Virus record (IMG/VR): IMGVR_UViG_3300024261_000036
Location: 1 to 56,891 of that record
Source of the DNA: a virus
Taxonomy: Duplodnaviria; Caudoviricetes
DNA length: 56,891 nt
Reading direction: 5' to 3' (one strand)
This document shows positions 6,227 through 15,729 of this stretch, one piece after another (the stretch's first letter is position 1; each line of letters opens with the position of its first letter). Below the pieces are notes generated by a model. That model was not told the DNA's origin. It searched no databases and worked only from the letters and a program-made list of their open reading frames with translations. The position numbers and the translations under genes were made by a program.

Positions 6227-8236
6227 ATGGAAAAGGATAAGATCATCATCGACAATGCGGGCGAGTCTGTTTTTGCGTATGCTTCCGGCTACTTGGATGG
6301 AACCTTTTGGGATTTTCGGGACGCATGTGTGGAAGCTGGCGCGGCGTGGAACAGGGAGCGCGGTGCCGATAGTCGGTATGTGATCGCTGCAGTGGATGGC
6401 CCTGCGCTGGTACAGGTGCTCCAAGATGCCGGGTTCGATGTCCAGGTGACACCAACGGCTGCTGATATTATGAAAATCTCCTCACGGGCATCTGACGCTG
6501 CGTCAGAGCGATTGATCGACAGCACGCAGGCGCACATTGAATCACTGGGGCTGCCTTTTTACGGCTACCAGGAAAATGGAGTATCGTTTTTGCGTGCCCG
6601 GATGCGTGCGCTGTTGGCCGATGATATGGGTTTAGGCAAATCGATCCAAGCGCTGGGCGCGTTGGACCCGGCTGCGATGGCAGTAGTGGTTTGCCCTGCC
6701 GGGATCAAGGAATCCTGGCGCGGCCAAGTCACAAAGTGGAGACCGGACCTTGAGCCGGTGGTGCTCAGCGGGCGCGGTTCATTCCGCTGGCCCGATGCAG
6801 GCGAAGTCATCATTGTCAATCCTGAGATTTTACCTGAGACCCCAGCCATTGCCATGCAGGGTCGCCCCCAGTTTGAAATGCTCGGGAATACAGGTGCGCG
6901 GCGAAAGACAGTGATCATCGCTGATGAGGCCCATTATTTTAAGGGCTCGGCCAAGAAGGTCGCCCGCGTGCGTCGGTTCAGGGCATTGGTGAAAGAAGCA
7001 ACCGGTGCCGATGGCAGGGTCTGGCTGCTGACTGGAACGCCGATGAAAAACCGCCCCAATGAACTATGGAACCTGCTCCAATCTGCTGGCCTGGCCAAAG
7101 AGGCGTATGGTAGCTGGCACAAATTTCTGAGTGCGTTCAATGCGGAGCAGGGCCGGTTCGGAATCGAATGGGGCGAGCCCACAAAAGAAGCCGCTGCCGG
7201 GTTGGAGCGCGTTTCGCTGCGCCGCTGCAAGGGTGATGTCCTGCCTGACCTGCCTAGCAAAAGGATCGAAGACGTATCCGTTGCCGTAGGTAGTATGAGG
7301 ATATGCGATAAGGTGATGGAAGAGATCCCCGAGGGGTTCGACCTGACCAGAGCTGATTTCGATGCGCTCAAAAGCGTGCTTGCATTCGACAAAATATCAG
7401 CCGCCCGCGCTGCGCTGGCAAAAGCTAAGATCCCCGCCCTAGTGGAGCATGTCATTGGCTATGAGGAAGCCGAGACCCCGCTGGTGGTGTTCTCAGCCCA
7501 TCGTGCTCCCATCGATGCCCTTGGAGAGCGTGATGGCTGGGCAGTGGTCACTGGCGATACTCCAAGCGAAGAGCGTGGCCGCATCCAAGAGCGGTTTCAG
7601 GCTGGTGAACTCAAAGGTATCGCCGGTACCTATGGCGCGATGGGGACCGGGGTAACCCTGACCGCAGCCGCTGATATGATCCTCTGCGACCTGCCATGGA
7701 CCCCGGCTGACCTCAATCAGGCTATGGACCGGATCCACCGTATCGGCCAAGAGAGCAGCTGCCTCTATAAGATACTGCACGCTTCCCACAACCTAGACGC
7801 GCTGGTCAACAATCTGATCATTGAAAAGAGCGGTCTCATTGATGAGGTCATCGACGCGACCAACGATGCATCAAACGATGGTAAGACCCTGTCCGTGGAC
7901 GCTGAAAAGCGCACTGATGAATTGCTGGAAACGGTGGACATTGCCGTGGCCCCAGAACCGGAGCCGGACGAAGAATACGCCGATCCCAGGGTCAAGGGTT
8001 ATACAGAGCTGACCGAGGCGCAGATATCTTGGGTGTTCAAGGGCCTGGCTGTTCTTTCCGCAGAGTGTGACGGCGCAGTCCAAAAGGATTTCGCGGGATT
8101 CAGTCGCATCGATGCATACTTTGGATATGACCTCGCGAAGCAATCAGCAGCAGGGTCATTGACACCACCACAGATTGAGCATGCAGCAGAGCTGCTAAAG
8201 AAATACCACAGACAAATCGGGAAGTTCCCAGCATAG
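6227..8236 (+). CDS. SNF2/SWI2-family (HARP/SMARCAL1-like) helicase-ATPase
   Basis: LLADDMGLGKS (I), IADEAH (II), LLTGTP (III), GTGVTL, PWTP, QAMDRIHRIGQ (VI). Confidence 0.93.
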   Translation: MEKDKIIIDNAGESVFAYASGYLDGTFWDFRDACVEAGAAWNRERGADSRYVIAAVDGPALVQVLQDAGFDVQVTPTAADIMKISSRASDAASERLIDSTQAHIESLGLPFYGYQENGVSFLRARMRALLADDMGLGKSIQALGALDPAAMAVVVCPAGIKESWRGQVTKWRPDLEPVVLSGRGSFRWPDAGEVIIVNPEILPETPAIAMQGRPQFEMLGNTGARRKTVIIADEAHYFKGSAKKVARVRRFRALVKEATGADGRVWLLTGTPMKNRPNELWNLLQSAGLAKEAYGSWHKFLSAFNAEQGRFGIEWGEPTKEAAAGLERVSLRRCKGDVLPDLPSKRIEDVSVAVGSMRICDKVMEEIPEGFDLTRADFDALKSVLAFDKISAARAALAKAKIPALVEHVIGYEEAETPLVVFSAHRAPIDALGERDGWAVVTGDTPSEERGRIQERFQAGELKGIAGTYGAMGTGVTLTAAADMILCDLPWTPADLNQAMDRIHRIGQESSCLYKILHASHNLDALVNNLIIEKSGLIDEVIDATNDASNDGKTLSVDAEKRTDELLETVDIAVAPEPEPDEEYADPRVKGYTELTEAQISWVFKGLAVLSAECDGAVQKDFAGFSRIDAYFGYDLAKQSAAGSLTPPQIEHAAELLKKYHRQIGKFPA

Positions 8237-8245
8237 GAGAGAGAC

Positions 8246-8599
8246 ATGGAAGAACACTACACATCGGACACCGACTACGTGGTTGAAATGCTCATTGAGC
8301 ACACGCGGGGGGGGAGAAAAACAGAGGCAGTCGAGTTCTTCTGCGACCTAGAGGGAGAGGTCATGCCGTTCGATTGCCCAGAAGACGCCCACCGTCATGC
8401 CCTGGGATATCTGCACGCGGCAGATTTGCTGGGCAAGCGATCACCGCTGACCTGTCACTCGTTCGTGAAATCCCGACTGCTCATGTTCAAGGTGCTCAAG
8501 CGTGAAAAGTCATATGTCTGCGCCGCTGCAGACGACTTCTGGGACGAGGTTGACTGTGAGGTGACCGTTGAAAGGATGGTGCATTGTGACAACGCCTAG
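8246..8599 (+). CDS. Hypothetical protein
   Basis: AGGAG SD, tightly packed in the operon. Confidence 0.7.
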   Translation: MEEHYTSDTDYVVEMLIEHTRGGRKTEAVEFFCDLEGEVMPFDCPEDAHRHALGYLHAADLLGKRSPLTCHSFVKSRLLMFKVLKREKSYVCAAADDFWDEVDCEVTVERMVHCDNA

Positions 8600-8729
8600 G
8601 CTGAACAGCATCAAGAAACAAAACATCGAGAGAGAAATTGCCATGCAGCAGATAGCGCTGATCATGGCGACTCTAAAGATAAAACAAAAAACCAAGGAGC
8701 TGGAAATGCTCCAGAAAGAGAGGCGATAA
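8586..8729 (+). CDS. Small basic coiled-coil protein (47 aa)
   Basis: GTG start fills the gap; its TAA overlaps the next ATG (TAATG). Confidence 0.45.
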   Translation: MTTPRLNSIKKQNIEREIAMQQIALIMATLKIKQKTKELEMLQKERR

Positions 8730-9001
8730 TGGGTATCAAACTACACAATGCAGGGATGGCGGACTATTTGGACGAACCGTCCAATTCGGTTGCAGAACCA
8801 CCATATGACACAGAGAACTTTGATGGAGTCAGGGAGCGGCATGCGCATGCGCTGCAGTTCCTATCTTCAGAGATAAAGGACATGAAGGCGATGATGAAGA
8901 GGTTTTCATCGGGTCGCTGGAAAGCCTTAAACGATAGCATGCAGGATCAGGTGGACTTCGCTGAGAAGGTCATGGACATCCTGGGGTTTGAGGATGACTG
9001 A
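8729..9001 (+). CDS. Hypothetical protein
   Basis: GAGG SD, operon packing. Confidence 0.7.
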   Translation: MGIKLHNAGMADYLDEPSNSVAEPPYDTENFDGVRERHAHALQFLSSEIKDMKAMMKRFSSGRWKALNDSMQDQVDFAEKVMDILGFEDD

Positions 9002-9650
9002 TAGGCACAGCAAACGACATCCAACCATAGAGTTTGCCGTGCCCCACCCTAAGGACAATCTATCAAAGAGGCACAAAGAGGGACCGTTTCTCCCGCTATA
9101 CCGGGAGGAGCGTCCCATGTGCATAGGCGATTGCATACCACCATGGGATAGAAAGTCCGCAGTCTATGCGCTGATGGGTGGAAACAAGCACGACATCTAC
9201 AGGGTCTGCTCCCCATTCATGGAGCACCAAAAAAGAAACATAGATCGTCTAGTAGGAACGGTTTACCCGAAAGATGACGATGGGAATTACATCAAAGACG
9301 AACACGGTAATCGCGTAGCCGAAGAGGGTATTCCCCCTTGGATATACGACCCAAACGACAAGGACAACTGCTTTGAGGGCATACAGCTCGTCAAACTGTA
9401 CCGAATACGATCTGCCGGACCGCAGGGAGTCGCCATGGTTAAGTGGTATTCCCGCGACACAAAGGTGTACCGACTGATGGCAGAGGATGGAAGCCTTCTG
9501 GAGATGAAAACAGACAACGACCGCTACTGGTTCAGAGAAAGGGATAGAAATGACCGGGACCAAGAAGAAGAAAAAGAAGAGCAGATACAAGAAAAAGAGA
9601 CTGACCAAGAAAGACCGCATGGCAATGAGGGAGAAAAGGAAGGAGAATGA
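8994..9650 (+). CDS. Hypothetical protein with acidic C-terminal tail
   Basis: Long ORF from ATG 8994, overlapping the previous stop. Confidence 0.65.
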   Translation: MTDRHSKRHPTIEFAVPHPKDNLSKRHKEGPFLPLYREERPMCIGDCIPPWDRKSAVYALMGGNKHDIYRVCSPFMEHQKRNIDRLVGTVYPKDDDGNYIKDEHGNRVAEEGIPPWIYDPNDKDNCFEGIQLVKLYRIRSAGPQGVAMVKWYSRDTKVYRLMAEDGSLLEMKTDNDRYWFRERDRNDRDQEEEKEEQIQEKETDQERPHGNEGEKEGE

Positions 9651-10617
9651 AAGGAAACGCATCCAAAAGGCACTCGATAAGACCATCGAGGCGATGGCAC
9701 CATCAAACATAGTGGTGTCATTCGAGCAGGTGGCTGGTAAGAAGAAGGAACCGTATCAGGAAATCAAGAAATTCTTTACCAAGCACTGCAGCCAGAGGGT
9801 CGCCCCAAAAAGCAAGAACAGAGACGATAGAGCATATGCATTCGACACCATGCGTAGCGCCATTGAGAACGTATTCAATGGGGTGAGTGTATCCAAGAAC
9901 ACCTTCTTTATCCCAGGCTCAGACAAAGCCAATGCAGCAGTGACGGACATGGTCGGTGGCCTGCAAACATGGGACGTTTTTGTGAACAGGTGCAGCATAG
10001 GGGAGTCAAGACAATATGAAAACAAACTGATCGATACCATCAAGGATGCCAAGATGGAGTTCAGGAACCGGGTAGCGAACCAGCCGGTCAGTGGTGAGTA
10101 CGCATCTATCGTTGGGACCAGATGGGTGTCAGACAAGATACGCTACCTTCGCAGGCTGTGTGACGCGATGGGATCGAGACGTGCCCACGATGCCCTAGCA
10201 GGGCTATGTAAGAGCAGGGACGAGTACGCCGCGAACGGAGGATGCAATCTGCCGATGTACTGTGAGATACAAAAGACGCTGGCTGAATCATTCGATATGC
10301 GATGGCAGGAGGAACAGGTAGCTCGGTGGGTAAACTGGCGCGGCGGAGATGCTGACATCCTCAAGATGAAGACTGGGACCGTGGCGCAGGAGAGAATCGA
10401 GAGACGCGCTCTGAAGCTCCTGGATGGCATGAGGGCGTACCTGGAAGACCCCACAGAGGACAACCTGTATGAAGTGAACAAGCAGAAGATGCGCGTGTTG
10501 ACATGCGCAGATTCTTCAATCCTGCCCAACTATGGGACGAAACAAAAGCACCCACACAAGTTTGAAGATGAGGAGATGTGGATGTTTTTCCCCGAAGGGG
10601 ACGAGCCTAACCCTTAG
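9550..10617 (+). CDS. Hypothetical protein with Lys/Arg-rich N-terminus
   Basis: 355-aa ORF; start uncertain (9550 or 9619/9625). Confidence 0.7.
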   Translation: MTGTKKKKKKSRYKKKRLTKKDRMAMREKRKENERKRIQKALDKTIEAMAPSNIVVSFEQVAGKKKEPYQEIKKFFTKHCSQRVAPKSKNRDDRAYAFDTMRSAIENVFNGVSVSKNTFFIPGSDKANAAVTDMVGGLQTWDVFVNRCSIGESRQYENKLIDTIKDAKMEFRNRVANQPVSGEYASIVGTRWVSDKIRYLRRLCDAMGSRRAHDALAGLCKSRDEYAANGGCNLPMYCEIQKTLAESFDMRWQEEQVARWVNWRGGDADILKMKTGTVAQERIERRALKLLDGMRAYLEDPTEDNLYEVNKQKMRVLTCADSSILPNYGTKQKHPHKFEDEEMWMFFPEGDEPNP

Positions 10618-11086
10618 CGTCCATGGTGCTGTAGGTCTGCTCACCCTTCTTAGAGGCATCGAAGACCACCAGCATGCTCGGGGATGGAGCGGGATTCCCC
10701 GGTGTGCCGGTGGCAGGGTCGAGAAACTTCAGGCGACCCTTGACAAACACAATCTCCGTGGACCTCGCACCATAGAGATGAAAAGCTTTCGTATCAGTTC
10801 TAGCAAAAGTCAAAAGAACAGAGCTATTGCCTCGCACCATTTCATCATAAGCTTTTTCATACCAGTTTATGATGTCTGAATATGGCGGGTTGCACCATGT
10901 CCAGGTCTCCCATGGCTTTTTGAGGCCATCATCTGATTCAGTATAAAAGCGCTCGCACTTCGTATTGGAGTACGATGCGCATGCATCCAGGTTAAACCGG
11001 AACCGAGCGTTCACCCTATCAAAGAACACGTGAGGAGTAGCCCACGTATCCGTACCGGTGGAGAAGTGGATGCCGCCGAGAGTCAT
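10607..11086 (-). CDS. dam: Phage DNA N6-adenine methyltransferase (Dam family)
   Basis: DTWATP, FNLDACAS, DGL..PW, WCNPPYS, ARTDT and GRLKF motifs. Confidence 0.92.
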   Translation of the reverse strand: MTLGGIHFSTGTDTWATPHVFFDRVNARFRFNLDACASYSNTKCERFYTESDDGLKKPWETWTWCNPPYSDIINWYEKAYDEMVRGNSSVLLTFARTDTKAFHLYGARSTEIVFVKGRLKFLDPATGTPGNPAPSPSMLVVFDASKKGEQTYSTMDAKG

Positions 11087-11283
11087 TTGGACTGAATCCA
11101 GACATCACCAAACTGACAGTCACATGTACGCCGAAACTCTTCAGATATGCTCTTTGGCATAACGGTCCCGTCTGTTTGCCTTCGGAGTACAACCCTGCAG
11201 GCTTTTGCGGTATACCATCCCCGGTTTAAGCACTTGGGGCAGTTCGGTGCATACTGTATATGGTTGTCAGTCAATTTTGCCAT
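11083..11283 (-). CDS. Small Zn-binding protein (CxxC...CxC)
   Basis: CPKC..RGW and CDC, as seen near phage DnaC genes; ATGA overlap with dam. Confidence 0.6.
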   Translation of the reverse strand: MAKLTDNHIQYAPNCPKCLNRGWYTAKACRVVLRRQTDGTVMPKSISEEFRRTCDCQFGDVWIQSK

Positions 11284-11492
11284 TCATCTCTCTTTTCACA
11301 TGCGTAAAAATGGTTGTCCCCATTTAAATCCATGGGAAAATCATTATCATCATTATCTACGCACCATACAAGTCGAGCACCACACTTTGAGCAGTTTAGA
11401 TTCTTGCCGGTGAGCCATTCAACGAGTGTAACCATGCGAACATGCATGTCTTCAATGAACTCATCAATCGATACCTGTCTGTCGTTGTCCAT
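11271..11492 (-). CDS. Small Zn-ribbon protein
   Basis: CSKCGARLVW...PMD...HF..C pattern. Confidence 0.6.
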   Translation of the reverse strand: MDNDRQVSIDEFIEDMHVRMVTLVEWLTGKNLNCSKCGARLVWCVDNDDNDFPMDLNGDNHFYACEKRDEWQN

Positions 11493-12315
11493 GGGTAGCC
11501 CTCATGCTCATCTTTTCGTCGGAAATCACCCATCCGCTCCCCCCTGATTCTTTCAAATGAAGCATTCTGTCCAGCATATCGTTACCGAAGACCGAATCGA
11601 AGCGTTTTTTATCGACGCATCTCGTCGTAAGTATGGTCCCACGGTAGTGGTCTGCTCTTTCACAACAAATCATCAGAACATTCCGCACACTCATGGCTGA
11701 ATCGCCAGCCGAGCTGAGAGACAGGACCTCATCGAGCGTGACGATGCCGGGGAGATCAATGATTTCCCTAATCTGAGCCTTTCCCTCCTCGGTAGACGAT
11801 ATCATCGACCATTCGCTACGCTGCACAAATCTTCCACGAGTTCGGTATGATGCCCATGCGCCGCATACCGTTTTACCGCTTCCATTGTGTCCAGCTAGGC
11901 ATAGAAGTCCTTTGTTCTCTGCATCAAAATACTTCCGGGTAGCGATTGTGAGGGACGTATCTCCGGGGAGCTTTGGGTCAGGGTCATTGGGGGACACTCC
12001 GATTACAACCGCAGCAGATGCCGGGAGACCAGACCTCCTGCATCGATTACGAAGCCTCTCCTTCTTGTTTTCTTCTTCCATCTTCTGCTGCTCTGGATCG
12101 ATCAGTTCCTCGCCTTCAATGCGTCGAAATGACTCCTGACAGCTATCGCACATGCAGTTCTCGGTGCCGATATTAAACCTGAACGCATGGGAAACAATGT
12201 TGTCACAGTGGTAACATTTTACATTTTGCTCAAAGCCAAAGTCGAGCTTGTTTGGTGATCTCTGCGTGTGCGGTTGCCTCTTCCTCAGTTCTTCTATGTG
12301 TTTACTTTTGTCCAT
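11464..12315 (-). CDS. DnaC/IstB-like AAA+ helicase loader
   Basis: Walker A GHNGSGKT, Walker B TLDEV, N-terminal CxxC pairs, directly downstream of the initiator. Confidence 0.8.
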   Translation of the reverse strand: MDKSKHIEELRKRQPHTQRSPNKLDFGFEQNVKCYHCDNIVSHAFRFNIGTENCMCDSCQESFRRIEGEELIDPEQQKMEEENKKERLRNRCRRSGLPASAAVVIGVSPNDPDPKLPGDTSLTIATRKYFDAENKGLLCLAGHNGSGKTVCGAWASYRTRGRFVQRSEWSMISSTEEGKAQIREIIDLPGIVTLDEVLSLSSAGDSAMSVRNVLMICCERADHYRGTILTTRCVDKKRFDSVFGNDMLDRMLHLKESGGSGWVISDEKMSMRATHGQRQTGID

Positions 12316-13561
12316 GATAATCCTCCCAGTCCTTTCTTGTTGCGAATCCTTCGTCTCTCCACGGTCCCCATGAGCCTGCGTCCGCCTGAGATGTGCCCTC
12401 AGAATACATCATCAGCCACTTCTCAAAATGCTTCGCCAAATACGACCAACCGCTAAACTTTCTGCGCTCCACCCAGGTGTCGGTGGCCATTCCGCGAATG
12501 GCCTTGCAGACATCGGACGGAGTATATCCATCAGTCAAAACGATCTGTTTGGCCATTTTTTTAACGGACTGTGATTCAGGCTTAAGCTTCGTGCCAAAGC
12601 AGTCACCGTGAACGGATACGAAGGCAGATAACACATCGTAGTGTTTCGAAGAAGTGCTCCTGGGCCACTCATCGCAGGAGCCAGACTCAACCTCAGCGAC
12701 ACTGGCCGAGTACCGCTTGGAATCCTTTTCTTTTTTTTGTGTCTTTTTTTTCTTTTTGTTTAAACAGTTTAGATTAGAATTAGAAGAATTCTTAATTGGA
12801 TCAATTAAATTAATTCTAGATGAATCAATTAAGAATTCTTTATTACTCTTATTTAAATTATAATTATAATTAATTAAATTAGAATATTCAAATTTAGATA
12901 CAGCAGATTTGGACCCGGCCGAATCGCCATCATCCGCCTTAACATCCTGATTTACATAACCTTCCACCGGAAACCCCCCTTCACCGTCCGCGTAGACGTC
13001 TACATTTTTTGCCTGTAGACGTCTACATGACTCATCGCGTTGTTCTTTGTTTTCAGTGGGTTGCGCGATGTAGACGTCTACATTTGGCTCGTGTAGACGT
13101 CTACATTTCGGGCCTTCTCCATGTGTGTCCTGAGTGTTTTCGGTGCCTTGCGATGTTGAGCCCTGCTCATTTTTGTCAGAAACACCGACGACTTTCCGCC
13201 TATATCGTTTCTGTCTTTCGGCTTTCCTCTTTCTTTTCTTGGGGATAGACCCAGTCCAATCGTCCCAGCCGACAACTTCGACCGTTTCGGAATCCACCAA
13301 TCGCAGCAAACCAGCATCAATCATCCGGCGAACCACATCAGCTTTGGGCTTGAGGCTTCCTGAGAGCCCCTCTGAGGCGATTTCAGCCATCCGGGTATAT
13401 CCCAGGGTACCAGAGGGGTGTTTATCAAGCACACAGGCCCACACAGAGACCAGCCAGCCAACGGTCTGGTGGATGTTTTTCCGCCCCCTAAATGCCTGAC
13501 TCAGTGCGTCAATCCGCTCGTCTTTGAAGATTTCACCTGACACCAATACGACGCTTCTCAT
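12302..13561 (-). CDS. Replication initiator protein (lambda O / DnaD-like architecture)
   Basis: Winged-helix-like N-terminus, RKAERQKRYR motif, low-complexity middle carrying iterons and an AT tract, followed by a loader gene. Confidence 0.8.
   Translation of the reverse strand: MRSVVLVSGEIFKDERIDALSQAFRGRKNIHQTVGWLVSVWACVLDKHPSGTLGYTRMAEIASEGLSGSLKPKADVVRRMIDAGLLRLVDSETVEVVGWDDWTGSIPKKRKRKAERQKRYRRKVVGVSDKNEQGSTSQGTENTQDTHGEGPKCRRLHEPNVDVYIAQPTENKEQRDESCRRLQAKNVDVYADGEGGFPVEGYVNQDVKADDGDSAGSKSAVSKFEYSNLINYNYNLNKSNKEFLIDSSRINLIDPIKNSSNSNLNCLNKKKKKTQKKEKDSKRYSASVAEVESGSCDEWPRSTSSKHYDVLSAFVSVHGDCFGTKLKPESQSVKKMAKQIVLTDGYTPSDVCKAIRGMATDTWVERRKFSGWSYLAKHFEKWLMMYSEGTSQADAGSWGPWRDEGFATRKDWEDYHGQK
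12720..13105. promoter_or_regulatory. Putative replication origin: four palindromic iterons plus AT-rich unwinding region
   Basis: (T)GTAGACGTCTAC(A) at 12992, 13014, 13069 and 13092; very AT-rich 12720-12900. Confidence 0.85.
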
Positions 13562-13653
13562 CTTTTTTCACCGCCCACAGTTTTTGCTATTGACTTAGCG
13601 ATTGCAACGTGACAGCTTTGCCGTCAAAAGTCAACACAGAAAGGATAAACATT

Positions 13654-14631
13654 ATGCTGAAGAGAGAAATGGGGATCGGCGGCACAGACATAGCAGCGAT
13701 CATGGGAGTCCACAAATACAAAACAGCTCATGACGTATTTATGGACAAGACGGGGCGCTCTGCGCCTCTCGCCATGAACGAGGCTATGTATTGGGGGTTG
13801 AAGAAAGAACCCATCATTGCAGACAGATATCAGGAAGACCACCCAGAGATCACTCTGGTTAGAGATCTCGGGATAATGAAAAGCCCCAAGCATGATTGGT
13901 GGCTGGGTTCCCCGGATGGACAAATCGAAAAGGGCGGAAACGTCATCAGGGGTCTGGAGATCAAAACGGGCTCTGTCTACCGAAAGAAGGAATGGGGTGA
14001 CGAAGGAACCGACCATATCCCTCGCGAGTACCTGATGCAGTGTATGTGGTATATGCCCCTTCTTGGCGTGAATGAGATGCACGTTGCCGTTTTGCTTGGG
14101 CAAAGGGACTACACAGAGTTTGTGGTGAAAAGAGACAACGACCTTCTCACCATGATGTACGAATCTGGCAAAGACTTCTGGGAAAACTATGTAAAGAAGG
14201 ACATGCCGCCTCCGACTGATGGAAGCGATGCGTGTAAGGATTACATGTCTGAGAAATATCCCGAGGCATCTGACGATATGCTGGACCCGGATGATGGCAT
14301 CCATGATCTGGCCGCTCGTTATAACGGTATTAAAACACAAATAGGGCTCCTGGAGGAAGAGCAGGAGAAGCTCAAGAACATTTTCAAGAAGGAGATTGGG
14401 GAGAAGAAGGGATTCACTTGTGACGATTGGCGTGTGACCTGGACAAATCGGAAGTCAAACAAGAAAACCGACTGGGTCAGCGTGGAGGGACACTTTGTTA
14501 GGACGCTTGAAAAGTCTGGTGTCGACGTAGAAGAGGCCCAGAGCATTGTTCAGAAGATCATTAAGTATCACACCACCGGGGGCGTAAGGTCTGAAAAGCG
14601 GGCATTTACTTTTAGATGGAAGGGAGAATGA
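13654..14631 (+). CDS. YqaJ-like viral recombinase exonuclease
   Basis: GIGGTDIAAIMG, WG...E, SPDG, LEIKT, QCMWYM. Confidence 0.92.
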   Translation: MLKREMGIGGTDIAAIMGVHKYKTAHDVFMDKTGRSAPLAMNEAMYWGLKKEPIIADRYQEDHPEITLVRDLGIMKSPKHDWWLGSPDGQIEKGGNVIRGLEIKTGSVYRKKEWGDEGTDHIPREYLMQCMWYMPLLGVNEMHVAVLLGQRDYTEFVVKRDNDLLTMMYESGKDFWENYVKKDMPPPTDGSDACKDYMSEKYPEASDDMLDPDDGIHDLAARYNGIKTQIGLLEEEQEKLKNIFKKEIGEKKGFTCDDWRVTWTNRKSNKKTDWVSVEGHFVRTLEKSGVDVEEAQSIVQKIIKYHTTGGVRSEKRAFTFRWKGE

Positions 14632-14632
14632 G

Positions 14633-15352
14633 ATGAGTAAAGAAAACACAGGGGAAAGCGGAGAGATCGTGGAAAAGGCCATTCAGAAAAAAGACACCAG
14701 GGAAAAGTCCATTCAGAAAAAGGAGGACATGTTGGTCAACGGGACCGGCATCCAAATCACATCAATGAACGAGTTGCAGCGTTTTTGCAAGATGGCTGCG
14801 GCTGCTAAGGTTTTTAAGTCCACTACCGATTTAGCCAAGGCGTGCATGATTGCCCAGTACGGGATGGAGATGGGCGTATCTCCGGCGACCGCACTGCAAA
14901 ACATGCATATGATCGAGGGACGTGTGTGCATTGGAGCTGGCCTCATGGCTGGCCTAGTTAAAAGGACCGGCAAGTACAGTTATAAGATGACTGAGCACAC
15001 CAGAGAGGGATGCACCCTGGTCTTCATCGAGAAGGACGTTGGGGAGCTGGGCGTGTCGTGCTTCGACCGCGAAGACGCGATGGCCGCAGGCCTTCTGAAT
15101 AAGCACAACTGGAAGAAGTGGCCCAAGGCCATGTTCTACAGTCGGGCGCTATCCATGGGAGCACGCATGTTCTGTGCTGACATGTTCGTGGGCGCTGCAG
15201 TCCACACCCCGGAGGAAATATCCGGGGGAGAATACATCGACCATGCATTCGCAGAAGCATGGGGCATGGAGTCACCTGAGCAAAACACTAAAGAAGTATT
15301 CAGCGTAGCTGAAGATTTGAAAGAAGAACTTAAAAGAAAGGCAACGAGATGA
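14633..15352 (+). CDS. RecT-like single-strand annealing protein
   Basis: Follows YqaJ; G.EMGVSP..ALQNMHMIEG and W.KWPKAM...RAL...AR motifs. Confidence 0.75.
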   Translation: MSKENTGESGEIVEKAIQKKDTREKSIQKKEDMLVNGTGIQITSMNELQRFCKMAAAAKVFKSTTDLAKACMIAQYGMEMGVSPATALQNMHMIEGRVCIGAGLMAGLVKRTGKYSYKMTEHTREGCTLVFIEKDVGELGVSCFDREDAMAAGLLNKHNWKKWPKAMFYSRALSMGARMFCADMFVGAAVHTPEEISGGEYIDHAFAEAWGMESPEQNTKEVFSVAEDLKEELKRKATR

Positions 15353-15729
15353 TGAGCTTATTAAAGAAGGACAAAATCGACTGGGCGAAGGCAAAAATAC
15401 AGTGCATGCATTATGTTTCCGCACAGTCTCAGACACATGCGATCGACATGAACTACATCTGCTTTGAGGAGGAAGGTCCAGACGGAAAACAAAGACCAGA
15501 AGTAATCAAGAAGCTTGCTGCTGTCGCATTGGCTTTCGGCGTCGCGCGATTCATTTCAGAGACCGAATCCGACCGGCCTTTTCTTAAGGACCTCGTGGAG
15601 GATATCATTATGGGCAAGTCTACAGGCGACGGACCATTCACGACCCAAGAGTATCGAGAGATAGCACAAATCCTTGAGGCAAAAGATTTCGACAACCTAT
15701 TCAGTAACGAGAGCGGAGAAATCCATTGA
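15349..15729 (+). CDS. Hypothetical protein
   Basis: ATGA overlap, operon packing. Confidence 0.7.
   Translation: MMSLLKKDKIDWAKAKIQCMHYVSAQSQTHAIDMNYICFEEEGPDGKQRPEVIKKLAAVALAFGVARFISETESDRPFLKDLVEDIIMGKSTGDGPFTTQEYREIAQILEAKDFDNLFSNESGEIH

Noticed and set aside
7912-7935. Hammerhead-like CTGATGA...GAAAC
   Set aside because: Lies inside the SNF2 coding sequence and the intervening 7 nt cannot form stem II.
10821-10833. Third copy of the GAGGCATTGCCTC palindrome
   Set aside because: Two mismatches break the symmetry and it lies within the dam gene; probably chance.
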